DNA of 64,000 nucleotides, from the NCBI GenBank assembly GCA_964242115.1, contig CAXSZX010000001.1, positions 634,020-698,019 on the forward strand, in the 5' to 3' direction. Shown here piece after piece: positions 9,425 to 19,449 of the stretch. The translations under genes were made by a program, and so were the position numbers. The notes under the pieces are model-generated. The model saw only the letters and a program-made list of their open reading frames with translations, was not told where the DNA came from and did not search any database. Origin of the DNA: an uncultured Acetobacteraceae bacterium (GTDB taxonomy: Bacteria > Pseudomonadota > Alphaproteobacteria > Acetobacterales > Acetobacteraceae). The first letter of the stretch is position 1. Each line of letters opens with the position of its first letter.

Positions 9425-10090
9425 ATGCCCGAGGTGATGTTCGCCGGCCCCGATGGGCGCCTGGAGGGTCGCTACCACCACAGCAAGGAGAATGCTGCCC
9501 CGCTCGCGCTGATCATGCACCCGCACCCGTTGCACGGTGGCACGATGAACAACCGGATCACCTACACGATGTATCAGAGCTTCCAGAAGCTCGGCTTCAG
9601 CGTGATGCGGTTCAACTTTCGTGGTGTGGGCCGCAGCCAGGGCCGCTACGACGGCGGCATCGGCGAGATCGGTGATGCGGCCGCTGCACTCGACTGGATG
9701 CAGATGGTGAACCCTAGCCATGGTGGGCTTTGGATCGCTGGCTACTCGTTCGGCGCGTTCGTCGGCATGCAGCTGCTGATGCGCCGGCCGGAAGTGTCCG
9801 GCTGGATTTCGGTGGCGCCGCCGGCCAGCCACTACGATTTCGGGTTCCTCGCGCCTTGCCCCTGCGGCGGGCTGCTGGTGCACGGAGATTCCGACGAGCT
9901 GGTGCCGGAGCCTACGGTGCGGAAGCTCGTGGACAAGTTGAACACGCAGAAGAACGTGACAGTCGATTATCGCATCTTTGCTGGTGCCGACCACGTGTTT
10001 GCCAACCACGCCGAGCAGGTGGGCGAGGCGACCGAGGATTACGTGAAGAAGGTGCAGGCGCGTAAGACGATGGCGTTGGCGGCCGACTAG
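9425..10090 (+). CDS. Alpha/beta hydrolase fold protein
   Basis: MPEVMFAGPDG... with G.S.G nucleophile elbow (IAGYSFGA) and HGDSDELV. Confidence 0.7.
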   Translation: MPEVMFAGPDGRLEGRYHHSKENAAPLALIMHPHPLHGGTMNNRITYTMYQSFQKLGFSVMRFNFRGVGRSQGRYDGGIGEIGDAAAALDWMQMVNPSHGGLWIAGYSFGAFVGMQLLMRRPEVSGWISVAPPASHYDFGFLAPCPCGGLLVHGDSDELVPEPTVRKLVDKLNTQKNVTVDYRIFAGADHVFANHAEQVGEATEDYVKKVQARKTMALAAD

Positions 10091-10184
10091 GCATGGCCAG
10101 GGGGCGCTGCCCCCTGGACCCTCGCTAAGGACAGTCGTCCGTAGAACCTGTTGTTTAAGGGTTTTCAGAGAGGGGCCGCACGCG
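10091..10184 (+). repeat. Family-2 conserved element, copy 1
   Basis: About 85% identical to 20479..20572. Contains a perfect GC hairpin CCAGGGGGC-GCT-GCCCCCTGG. Lies directly after the stop of the hydrolase gene. Confidence 0.6.
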
Positions 10185-10259
10185 TCGTGGCCTCGGCCCT
10201 TACCTTGACTCCGCCGCCCACCTCCGTCCCCATGCCGCCTCCACCTGAGGGCAACATGC

Positions 10260-12296
10260 ATGAACAGACGCATCCTGGCGGCCGGCGCCGCTTTCAGTCT
10301 GCTGAGCGTCGCCGCATCCGCGGCCGAGACCACGCAGACCTTCCCCACCGGCCCCTGGGGTTTCGACACCTCCGGCATGAACCGCAAGGTCACTCCCGGC
10401 AACAACTTCTTCGAATTCGCCAACGGCGCCGCGGTCGCCAGCATCGTCATCCCGCCGGACCGCACGAATTTCGGCGCATTCATCGCACTTGCCGACCTGT
10501 CCGAGCAGCGCGTCCACGCGATCCTGGACGAAGCCTCCGCCCACGTAGCCGACCAGCCGACGGACGCAATCGGCAAAGCTGGCGCCATGTTCAAGGCTTT
10601 CATGGACGAGGCCGCGATCGAGAAACTTGGCGCCGCACCGCTGAAGCCCGAGCTGGCCGAGATTACCGCGCTGAAAACGCCGGCGGATTTCGCGGCGCTG
10701 CAAGGACGCGCGCAGACGACGTTCCAGGGTTCGCTGTTCTCGATGGACATCGAGCCGGACGCGAAGGACCCGACCAAGTATTCGATCAACCTGGGTCAGG
10801 CCGGGCTCGGCATGCCGGACCGTGATTATTACATCTCCGCCCAGTTCGCCGACAAGAAAGCCAAATACGCGGCCTTCGTAACCAAGATGCTGACGCTGGC
10901 CGGCTGGGCCGATCCGTCCGGCAGTGCCGCAAAGGTCGTGGCCTTCGAGCAGAAGATTGCCGAAGCCAGCTGGGCGCGTGCGGACGAGCGCGACCCTGAC
11001 AAAGTGTACAACCCGATGACGCCGGCGGAGTTGGCACACAACGCGCCCGGTTTCGACTGGCCGGTGTTCTTCAAGGCGGCGCAGCTCGGCATGCCGGATC
11101 GGGTGGTCATCGCGGAGAACACCGCGGTGGAGAAGATTGCGGCGATCGCCGGCGCCGCACCGATGGACACGTTGCAGGCCTGGTCTGCCTTCCACCTGGC
11201 GACCAACGCCGCACCGGTGCTTTCCAAAGACTTCGTGACCACAGCTTTCGACTTCGACAATCGTGAGCTGCAAGGCCAGCCGCAGCAACGCCCGCGCTGG
11301 AAGCGCGGCGTGCATGCGACCGAGGCCGCACTGGGCGAAGCCGTCGGCGAGACCTACGTGCAACGTTACTACCCGCCGGAAGCGCAGACGAAGATGGAGG
11401 CGCTGACGCACGACCTGCGCGCCGCCTTTCGCGTCCGCCTGCAGCACAACTCCTGGATGCAGCCGCAAACGCGCGAGTTGGCGGTGGCCAAGCTGGATGC
11501 GTTCGACTTCCAGATCGGCAAGCCGAAGAAGTGGCGCGACTACACGTCGCTGCAGATCAACGCGCACGACCTGTACGGCGACGTGGAGCGCGGCACCGCG
11601 TTCGAATGGGCGTTCTGGCTGCAGCACCTTGGCCATCCGGTGGACAAGGACCAATGGGACATGACGCCGCAGACGGTGAACGCCTACAACAACCCTGTCT
11701 TTAATGAGGTCGTGTTTCCGGCCGCCATCCTGCAGCCGCCGTTCTTCGACGAGAAGGCGGACCCGGCGATCAACTACGGTGCGATCGGCGGCGTGATCGG
11801 CCACGAGATGACGCACGGCTTTGACGACGAGGGCCGCAAGTTCGACGCGATGGGCCGCCTGCACGATTGGTGGACCGCGGAGGACGCCAAGCACTTCGAC
11901 GCGCTGGGTAAACGGTTCGGCGCGGAATACGCGGCGATCGACGTGATGCCCGGCGCGCACATCAACCCGGCGCTGACGATGGGCGAGAACATCGCCGACC
12001 TCGGCGGGCTGACGCTGGCGCTGGACGCCTACCACGCGTCCCTGCACGGCCAGCCGGCGCCGGTGGTGGACGGCATGACCGGCGACCAGCGCGTGTTCCT
12101 CGGCTGGGCGCAGGTGTGGCGCGCCAAGGTGCGGCCGGACGCGGCGCGGCAGCGTCTGGTGACCGATCCGCACTCACCGCCGGTGGCGCGGGTGAACGGG
12201 CCGGTGCAGAACATCGACGCCTGGTACACGGCTTTCGATGTGAAACCGGGTGAGGCGCAGTTCTTGAAGCCTGAGGATCGTGTGAAGATCTGGTAG
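10260..12296 (+). CDS. M13 family zinc metallopeptidase (neprilysin/PepO-like), secreted
   Basis: 678 aa with signal peptide, HEMTHGFDDEGRKFD (HExxH) and a C-terminal ...W motif. Confidence 0.85.
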   Translation: MNRRILAAGAAFSLLSVAASAAETTQTFPTGPWGFDTSGMNRKVTPGNNFFEFANGAAVASIVIPPDRTNFGAFIALADLSEQRVHAILDEASAHVADQPTDAIGKAGAMFKAFMDEAAIEKLGAAPLKPELAEITALKTPADFAALQGRAQTTFQGSLFSMDIEPDAKDPTKYSINLGQAGLGMPDRDYYISAQFADKKAKYAAFVTKMLTLAGWADPSGSAAKVVAFEQKIAEASWARADERDPDKVYNPMTPAELAHNAPGFDWPVFFKAAQLGMPDRVVIAENTAVEKIAAIAGAAPMDTLQAWSAFHLATNAAPVLSKDFVTTAFDFDNRELQGQPQQRPRWKRGVHATEAALGEAVGETYVQRYYPPEAQTKMEALTHDLRAAFRVRLQHNSWMQPQTRELAVAKLDAFDFQIGKPKKWRDYTSLQINAHDLYGDVERGTAFEWAFWLQHLGHPVDKDQWDMTPQTVNAYNNPVFNEVVFPAAILQPPFFDEKADPAINYGAIGGVIGHEMTHGFDDEGRKFDAMGRLHDWWTAEDAKHFDALGKRFGAEYAAIDVMPGAHINPALTMGENIADLGGLTLALDAYHASLHGQPAPVVDGMTGDQRVFLGWAQVWRAKVRPDAARQRLVTDPHSPPVARVNGPVQNIDAWYTAFDVKPGEAQFLKPEDRVKIW

Positions 12297-12607
12297 GCAA
12301 GGAAGCAGTTCTTTTTAAGTGTCCGTTTGCAAAATCGCTTGGCGGCCATCTGTCGCGATGTCTCTGCTTCGGTGCTTACAGCCATAAAGGCTCGGCCTGC
12401 CCGCTCAAGCAGGTGGCGCAGGCAAGCAGATCCGCTCCGACGCCCTAAAACCACAGCAGTTGACACACCAAGCTAATTTTGCAGACCGACACTGAAAGAA
12501 GAAACAAACGACTTTCGTTCTCCGAGTACGCGCTGGCCAAGAAGTCCGCGACAGCAGAGAAAAAAGTTTTGCTTCTTTTTTTCAAAAAAGAAGGCCTTGC
12601 TTACTTT
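12296..12607. repeat. Long/composite MITE-like element R5: truncated arm+core and core+arm separated by ~190 bp
   Basis: A GGCAAGGAAGCAGTTCTTTTT arm follows the M13 peptidase stop. ...CGCGACAGCAGAGAAAAAAGTTTTGCTTCTTTTTTTCAAAAAAGAAGGCCTTGC lies at the far end. Confidence 0.6.
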
Positions 12608-13452
12608 CCTATGAGCGCGTTTAGGATCTCCCCCGAGCGCGTCAACGCCAGCGAGTAGTGCCCCTCGCCCTCAAGCAGCCGGATTTTCGCCGGCAAATCT
12701 GCATACGCGCTCAAAGTCGCAGGCGGCACCACGATGTCCGCCGAGCCGTGCCAGATGCCGACCGGAGCACGCATGCTGGCCAGGTTGAAGCCCCAGTCGC
12801 TCGCGTAGATGCGTGCGTCCGAAGCAGCGCCGGCCACGCCATGCCGCAGGCCTTCCGCCCAGGCGGCAATCAGGCCAGCTCGGCGTGCTTGTGACAGGCA
12901 CGCGGCGTCGGCTGGGGTGCTCGCACCCTCCAGCACGCGATGCGGGTCGAACAGGCCGACGCGGATGCCTTGCCGGATGCAAGTCATCAAAGCGTAGGCC
13001 GATGTCGGGTGCAGCCCGAGCCACTGCAGGCGGCGCAGGCCTTGCCCGAGGGCAGCGTCGGGCGGGGCCGCGCCAGGTGTCAGCGGCGGCAGCGGGCTGA
13101 TCAGCGCGGTGCCCGCCACCCGGTTCAGCAGGTGTGCGCAGGCGACGGCGTAGGGCGCGCCGCCGGAGACGCCGACGACGTAGAAGCGCTCCACGCCGAG
13201 GTGGTCGGCCAGGGCAGTGACATCCGCCGGCCAGTCGAGCAGGCGGCGGCGCGGCTGGGGTGAGGAGTACCCGTAACCGGGGCGGTCGATCGCGATCAGC
13301 CGCAGCTTGATGCCGTCCACCACGGCGGCTTCCAGGCGGGAGGCGGGCCAGCCGTGGAAGTAGAAGGCTGGCGGGGCCGAGGGATCGCCGGTGATGGCGT
13401 AGCTGAGGGTGCGGCCATCGGGCAGCAGGAGTTGGTCGTCGGGTGGGGGCAC
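12601..13452 (-). CDS. Alpha/beta hydrolase (proline iminopeptidase-like)
   Basis: HGWPASRLE and GVSGGAPY motifs. A GTG start is assumed at 13452. The track ORF continues upstream only through repeat R6. Confidence 0.6.
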   Translation of the reverse strand: MPPPDDQLLLPDGRTLSYAITGDPSAPPAFYFHGWPASRLEAAVVDGIKLRLIAIDRPGYGYSSPQPRRRLLDWPADVTALADHLGVERFYVVGVSGGAPYAVACAHLLNRVAGTALISPLPPLTPGAAPPDAALGQGLRRLQWLGLHPTSAYALMTCIRQGIRVGLFDPHRVLEGASTPADAACLSQARRAGLIAAWAEGLRHGVAGAASDARIYASDWGFNLASMRAPVGIWHGSADIVVPPATLSAYADLPAKIRLLEGEGHYSLALTRSGEILNALIGK

Positions 13453-13461
13453 GGCGAGGAA

Positions 13462-13630
13462 GTAAGCGGTTCTTTTTCGAAAAAAAGAACCAAAAACTTT
13501 CGTCGCCTGAGTGCGAGGCCCAGCAGAAGCGCACGGCCGCCGAAAGCCGAACGCAAGCTTCATCACGGCATGTCGAGAGACACCAAGTGTTTTTTGGTTC
13601 TTTTTTTCCAAGAAAGAACCGCTTGTGCTG
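13462..13630. repeat. MITE/REP-like element, copy R6 (longer central region)
   Basis: Both arms are recognisable. Confidence 0.75.
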
Positions 13631-13778
13631 CCTCTACTAAGAATCGCCGAAACGACTTCCGGCGCTGCGTGACCTGCTCGGAGTGAGGTCGTTTCAGCCG
13701 AACGGGTGCACGGACCGGCAGTCAACCGGTCCGTGCGCCAAACTCGTTCCTGAGTGCGTCAGCAGGCTGGCTGACGCA

Positions 13779-15002
13779 TTAGTGCGCGACCAACGGCCCC
13801 AAGTAGAGGTTCCAGTTGTGTCGGGTATTCGGCTTGCCGTTCGACGTATAGGAGAACTGGTAGTTTCCGTCGTCATTGGTGTCCCAGATGCTGACGAACG
13901 ACATGTTCAGGCCTCTGTTCTGTCCGCTGACGATCGTGTGGCCAAGCCAGTTGGCGAACGTAGCGTCGTCGGACACGTCGGCACCGGAGTCCGACGAACC
14001 GGAGCCGCACTCGGGGACTGCGAACGGCTTCTTGTGTTGTATGGCGAAGTTCATGACGCTGTCGAAGCTTTGGCTGTGGCCGTTGCTGCCGTCGAGCGAC
14101 CATCTCGTGGCGGCCGGGTACGTCCAGTAGTGCCACCGATTGGTTGGTTGGGCCATGAAGGCTGCGAGCGAGTAGTCTTCGCCCCCGGTCACCCAGTCGT
14201 GGATCTGCACGCCGCTGCCGTCGTAGAACGGATACATGCCGGCGTAGATGTCGATCCCGATGATGTCGACGACGTCGTCGCCTGCGTAAAGGTTGTTGGT
14301 GGCTTCGGCGTTGCTGTAGTTGGTTGCACTTGGGTTCCAGACCACCTTTAGCGACACGCCGGCGGCGCTGGCCGTCTGGTGCATGACGGTTGCGATGCGC
14401 CGGAACGCAGCCACCCAGTCAGACTGCGTGTTGGAATCATCGCCGGCATAGTTCGGCTGATAGCTCAGGTTCATTTCCCAGCCGATGCGAAAGATCAGCG
14501 TCTTGAATCCCTGGGCGATCCAGGCGTTGACAACCTGCTGCACCACCCAGTCATACTGGCCGCTGGCGAACAGCTGGTATTGCTGGTCCGTGCTCGGCGA
14601 GCCTCCGGCGAGGGACTGCATCGGAAACCCCACCACGGGCACCATGTGTTTCGCCGAAGTCGAGACGCTGTTCGAATACGCCTGCCACGAGGCGTTGGAC
14701 TGCCAGTCGCCGACCGGCTGCGTAAAGTCGGTGTAGACGTCGATCAGTGTAGGCGCCGCCCCGAGTGCGTTCTTGAAGCTGTTGAAATTGGCATCGACCG
14801 TGGCTTCAGCCGCGGCGTTCGAGCTGTTCGGGCCGCCAATGTACACGCCGAGTGCAAACGGTGCTGCAGCCACCGCCGACACCGGCGTGAGAGCCAAACA
14901 TGTCAGAAATGTTGCACTCGCCGCGAAGCCGCGCACTGCGCCCGTTCTGGCCGAGTTCGAAAATCGACAGTTCTCATCAAGGGAATTTGTGTCAAATCGC
15001 AT
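13779..15002 (-). CDS. Secreted glycoside hydrolase, GH26-like
   Basis: Signal peptide, IGWEMN acid/base-like motif, VPECG. The start is uncertain (MRFDTNSL). Confidence 0.6.
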   Translation of the reverse strand: MRFDTNSLDENCRFSNSARTGAVRGFAASATFLTCLALTPVSAVAAAPFALGVYIGGPNSSNAAAEATVDANFNSFKNALGAAPTLIDVYTDFTQPVGDWQSNASWQAYSNSVSTSAKHMVPVVGFPMQSLAGGSPSTDQQYQLFASGQYDWVVQQVVNAWIAQGFKTLIFRIGWEMNLSYQPNYAGDDSNTQSDWVAAFRRIATVMHQTASAAGVSLKVVWNPSATNYSNAEATNNLYAGDDVVDIIGIDIYAGMYPFYDGSGVQIHDWVTGGEDYSLAAFMAQPTNRWHYWTYPAATRWSLDGSNGHSQSFDSVMNFAIQHKKPFAVPECGSGSSDSGADVSDDATFANWLGHTIVSGQNRGLNMSFVSIWDTNDDGNYQFSYTSNGKPNTRHNWNLYLGPLVAH

Positions 15003-15526
15003 ATAAAATAAACCTCTCGCGAGAAACCGGCCAAAAAAACCGGCTGCGTTGCCGCGATGTCTGTCTACACAGACGCGTGAGGCGATGCAACCACAGATCA
15101 CGATTTAATACAGATTTCTGTGGATGTTCGTTCGGCGTTGTAAAACCTGAATCAAAACGAACACTGTTCAGTTGAGTGCCGAACTTGTTTTGTTTCCTGC
15201 TTGTGCTCACTATGCAATACGCCGAACGGCGCTGCCTTTACGCCGTCATCCATCGAGCTGGATGCGCGGCGAGATCCCCGATAACGGGCAGTCCCCGAAG
15301 ATGTCAGCCGTATGGAGATGGGCGATGGGCGTCCGCGCGTCAGCCGGACGCTACTCACCTAGCGTCGGTCTGTCGCCAACCATGAACCGTTTCCATCAGC
15401 ACGGGACTGGCGAAACATGCTGCTGGTCCGGCAATGGCGAGCCGCTCTGATGCAAACACCTTCGCCGCTACCTGTCCGACTGTGTAACAACGGCGGCCCT
15501 AGGTCCTGACCCTGTCGACGTTCGGC

Positions 15527-15662
15527 AAGGAAAGCAAGACCTGCTTTTTTGAAAACCAGCAAAAAACTTTTGGTCCTGCTGTCGCGGAGTTTCCGCCAGC
15601 GTGCACTCAAGGAAGCAAAAGTTTTTGGTTCTCTTTTTCAAAACGAACTGCTTGCCTTGCCT
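15527..15662. repeat. MITE/REP-like element, copy R7 (diverged arms)
   Basis: GCTGTCGCGGAGTTTCC core. Confidence 0.75.
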
Positions 15663-15906
15663 TTCTCCATGCGACGTTTCGAGCCGTAGCCATCAGGGCA
15701 AAACATCGTTGCGGGAACAATGCAAAACGCATCGCTGCCGGCGTTTGAACGTCAAGCTCCGGCATCGATCAGGTTGCCCACGCGATTGGAAGCGCAGGCT
15801 TGCTGTCTCCTTTCCGCAGGCTTCATGCGACCTTAGGAGATGCCTCGCGTTCTTACCCGCTCACAGGCCACGCCGTGGGCGCGCGCTGTGGCATCAGGGA
15901 GAGCGC

Positions 15907-16448
15907 AGTGGCGAGAACGACGCGAGACTGGATCATCGGCGCAGCAGCTTTGGCCACGCTGGCGACAGGGCCATCCCTGGCGAGCGCACAGATGCCGGCC
16001 ACCAGCTTAAGCCCTGTCGACTACACGTTCATCGGCCTGACCTATCTGGGCAACCAGTTTCAGGTCGACAGCGGCAAGCTCGGCGAGACCCGCGCAGCGA
16101 ATGCGGCGCTGAGGAGCTACGCCGCGCTGATGGACACTAGCCACGTCGCAGTCGAGAACCGCCTGGTTGCCCTGCTTCACAAACTGGGGGCAGTGCAGCC
16201 GCCGGCCAGCCTGCTGTCAGGCGCTTACAAAAGCCTCACCACCATGCTGGCGGCGGAGCACGGCGCAGAGTTCGATCGCGATTACGTTCGCGGCCAGATC
16301 GACTATCAGAACGCAAAACGATGCGCTGTATCGATGGGAAATCGCGAACGGCGCTAACCCGGAACTCAAGGCTTACGCGCGCGAGACGCTGCCGAAGATC
16401 GACGACCACAAGGACAGGATCATGGCGATGTCGTCGCTTGGTGACTAG
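15907..16448 (+). pseudogene. DUF4142 family periplasmic protein carrying a +1 frameshift (or sequencing error) in an A4 run
   Basis: Track ORFs 15800..16357 and 16167..16448 together form one DUF4142 protein. The frames join at the AAAA run at 16315-16318. Confidence 0.55.
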
Positions 16449-16482
16449 GACCGGCGTCTAGCACGCGCGTCTGCCGCAGCAG

Positions 16483-16628
16483 AAGCAAGGCCTTCTTTTT
16501 CGAGAAAAAGAAGCAAAAAGCTTTTGCTGCGGCTGTCGCGGACGGCTGAAACGACACGTCTCAGCAGCACGCACCTGCAGAGAGCAAAGATTTGGTTTTT
16601 TTTTCGAAAAAGAACCGCTTGCTTGCTT
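16483..16628. repeat. MITE/REP-like element, copy R8
   Basis: CGAG-loop arm variant with a GCTGAAACGACAC central subfamily. Lies between the convergent DUF4142 and ltaE genes. Confidence 0.85.
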
Positions 16629-17682
16629 ACGCCGCCTGCCGCGCCGCCTGCGTCTCGCACAGGCCCAAAAACCGGCCCACCTCCGCCTCGGTGGTGGCAA
16701 AGCTGGTTACCAGGCGCACCACCGGCCGGCTCTCCCCCGCAACGTCGATCCACCGGTAGAACACCGCGCCGGCCGCCTGCAACGCGTCGATCAGCTCGTC
16801 CGGCATCGCCACGAACAGCTCGTTGGCCTGCACCGGCGCCACCAGCCTCACGCCCGGCAGGCGCGAGAGGCCCGACGAGAGCGCCTGCGCCATGGCGTTG
16901 GCATGGCGCGCGTTGCGCATCCACAAATCCCCCTCCAGGTAGGCGACCATCTGGGCGGAGAGGAACCGCATCTTCGACCAGAGCTGGCCGGCGCGCTTGC
17001 GGCGCCGCTCGAAGCCCGCGGCCAGCGCAGGGTTGAAGAACACCACCGCTTCGGCCGCCAGCGCGCCGTTCTTGGTGGCGCCGAACGAGAGCACGTCCAC
17101 CCCCGCCTTCCACGTCATCTCCGCCGGCGTGCAGCCGAGATGCGCCAGCGCGTTGCCGAAGCGGGCGCCGTCCATGTGCAGGTGCAGTCCGCGGCGCCGG
17201 CAGGCGCTGGCGATCTCGGCCACCTCCGCCTGGTCGTACACAGTGCCCCACTCGGTGGCCTGGGTGATGCTGACCGCCTCGGGCACCACGTGGTGCACGC
17301 CGCCGTCCACCGCGCGCGCCATTGCTCGCTCCACCTGCATGGCGGAGATGCGGCCGTCCGGCGCCGGCACGGTGATCAGCTTCGCGCCGCCCATGTAGAA
17401 CTCCGGCGCGCCGCACTCGTCGGTGGCGATGTGCGCCTCGTCGTGGCAGATCACCGCCCCATAGGGACGCACCAGGGTGGCCAAGGCCAGCGCGTTGGCC
17501 GCCGTGCCGGTTGCCACCGGATAGACGGCCAGGTCGGTGTCGAAGACGTCGCGCATCATCGCGGACAGGCGCGTGGTGGTCGGGTCGGCGCCGTAGGAGG
17601 GCACCGCGCCGGTGTTGGCAGTGGTGAGCGCTGCCAGGATTTCCGGCGAGAGCGGGGCGGTGTTGTCGCTGGCAAAGTTCAT
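16627..17682 (-). CDS. ltaE: Low-specificity L-threonine aldolase
   Basis: 351 aa, MNFASDNTAPLSPEIL..., SFGATKNG PLP-lysine motif. Confidence 0.85.
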   Translation of the reverse strand: MNFASDNTAPLSPEILAALTTANTGAVPSYGADPTTTRLSAMMRDVFDTDLAVYPVATGTAANALALATLVRPYGAVICHDEAHIATDECGAPEFYMGGAKLITVPAPDGRISAMQVERAMARAVDGGVHHVVPEAVSITQATEWGTVYDQAEVAEIASACRRRGLHLHMDGARFGNALAHLGCTPAEMTWKAGVDVLSFGATKNGALAAEAVVFFNPALAAGFERRRKRAGQLWSKMRFLSAQMVAYLEGDLWMRNARHANAMAQALSSGLSRLPGVRLVAPVQANELFVAMPDELIDALQAAGAVFYRWIDVAGESRPVVRLVTSFATTEAEVGRFLGLCETQAARQAA

Positions 17683-17716
17683 CGGGGAGCCTGCTTTCGA
17701 AAATGTCGGCCCAAGG

Positions 17717-18444
17717 TCAAAGGCCGAGGACGTCCTTCATGCCGTATAGCCCTGGCGCGCGGCCGGCCGTCCACAGCGCCGCGCGCACGGCGCCCTGGGC
17801 GAACACGCGCCGGTCCAGCGCCGCGTGGCCGATAGAGATATGCTCCGCCGCGCCGGCGAAAAGCAGGGTGTGCTCGCCAACCACCTGGCCGCCGCGCAGG
17901 GCGGCAAACCCGATGGCGCCTGGCGGGCGCGGGCCGGTGTCGCCGTCGCGCGCGCGCACCGCGTGGCCGGCAAGGCTGACGCCGCGGCCGGCGGCCACCG
18001 CTTCGCCCAGCGCCAGCGCCGTGCCGGACGGGGCGTCGCGCTTGCCGCGGTGGTGCATCTCCAGGATCTCGGCGTCGTATTCCTCGGCGGGCAGGGCGGC
18101 GGCCAGGCGTTCGGCCAGCGCCAGCATCAGGGTCACGCCGGTGGAGAAGTTGGCCGCCCAGACGACGGGGATGTGGTGCGACGCAGCGTGGATGGCCGCG
18201 TGTGCGTCCGGTGACAGGCCGGTGGTGCCCAGCACCCAGGCAGTCCCGGCGCCGGCCATTGCCCCGGCGTGGGCCAGCACGGTTTCGGGCGAGGTAAAGT
18301 CGACCATCACGTCGCTGACCCGGGCGAGCGCGGCGGCGTCTTCGCCACGTGTCAGGCCGCCGGACAGCGTGGCGCCGGCACCGGGGATCTCGTCGGCAAC
18401 CAGGCGGCCCATCCGGCCGGCGATGCCTGCTACACCTATCCGCA
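17717..18444 (-). CDS. dapB: 4-hydroxy-tetrahydrodipicolinate reductase
   Basis: MRIGVAGIAGRMGRLV... and EMHHRGKRDAPSGTA. ATG at 18442-18444. The rest of the 533-aa track ORF is spurious. Confidence 0.85.
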
Positions 18445-18501
18445 TCAGGGATTGATAACGGAAGGCTCTGTCTTTTGGAAAAGGTGGCCGTCCGCAGGAC
18501 A

Positions 18502-18636
18502 AGGCAAGCGGTTCTTTTTCGAGAAAAAGAACCGGAAAACTTTTGTTTCCCAGGGGGCGTGCTGCAGAAAACTCCGCGACAGCAGGACCAACGTTTTTTG
18601 CTGCTTTTTTGAAAAAGCCGGCCTTGCTTCCTGGCC
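18502..18636. repeat. MITE/REP-like element, copy R9
   Basis: Arms plus CGCGACAG core; between dapB and marR. Confidence 0.8.
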
Positions 18637-18845
18637 GGCCTGGATCATCGAGCGCGGGCTCCCGTGCTCGGCCCGCTCCGCGAGTGCCGGCGTGCTGCAT
18701 ACGCGCGTCAGAGGCGCCCGCCAGCCGTGCACGCCGTGTCGTAACAACAACGAAGTGCCTGTATCGCGTCCGCATCTCCCGCCAGGAAGGTTGATGCGTC
18801 ACTTCTTGATAAAGCCGCGTGCACTTTCCTAATCTATCGGCAACA

Positions 18846-19391
18846 ATGAAACGCACGCGCGACCTGCTGACCAACATCGTCATTCTCGCCCGGCTGATCC
18901 GGACGGAGGCGGACCGTCGTGCGCGCGCCCACGGCATGACGCGCGCACAGTGGACGCTGCTGATCCGCCTGGAGTCCCACCCCGGGCTGCTGCAAAAGGA
19001 GCTCGCCGAGATCCTCGAGGTGGAGCCGATCACGGTGGCCCGCCTGGTGGACCGCCTCGCGGCCCGCGGCATGGTCGAACGCCGCGCCGACCCCGGCGAC
19101 CGCCGCTGCTGGCGGCTGCACCTGACGGAGGCCGCGCGCCCCTTGCTGGGTGAAATCGACGTCCAGCTGAGCGACATGGCGCAGTCGCTTTGCGCGGACA
19201 TGGGCGCTGACAATTTCGCCACCACGGCCGCCTGCCTGGCGCGCATGCGCCTGCGTGCCCAGGAGCAGCGCGCCGCCTCCGGCGACCCGGTCCCCAACGA
19301 CGCGCCTCCTTGCGACACGCCCCCTGTTGATGCGCCCCCTGTTGATGCGCCCCCTGTTGATGCGCCGGTCTGCGAGGAGGCCTCAGCCTGA
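18846..19391 (+). CDS. MarR family transcriptional regulator with C-terminal PPVDA tandem repeat
   Basis: wHTH core (LLQKELAEILEVEPITVARLVDRLAARGMVER) followed by (PPVDA)x3 at the C-terminus. Confidence 0.8.
   Translation: MKRTRDLLTNIVILARLIRTEADRRARAHGMTRAQWTLLIRLESHPGLLQKELAEILEVEPITVARLVDRLAARGMVERRADPGDRRCWRLHLTEAARPLLGEIDVQLSDMAQSLCADMGADNFATTAACLARMRLRAQEQRAASGDPVPNDAPPCDTPPVDAPPVDAPPVDAPVCEEASA
19316..19368 (+). repeat. 15-bp perfect tandem repeat (GCGCCCCCTGTTGAT, ~3.5 copies) encoding (PPVDA)n at the MarR C-terminus
   Basis: Seen directly in sequence. Confidence 0.85.
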
Positions 19392-19449
19392 TCCGCTCGA
19401 CGCGCATGGCAAGCCAGGACAACGCCTCCCCAGCGGGTGCGCAGACATC

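Noticed and set aside
10200-12173. 657-aa minus-strand ORF antisense to the M13 peptidase gene
   Set aside because: Arg/Ala/Gly/Val-rich low-complexity translation typical of the antisense frame of a GC-rich gene. The sense strand carries clear M13 motifs.
17717-19318. 533-aa track ORF extending dapB upstream to 19318
   Set aside because: Only the 3-prime 728 bp encode DapB (start ATG 18442-18444). The upstream part runs through repeat R9 and antisense to marR.
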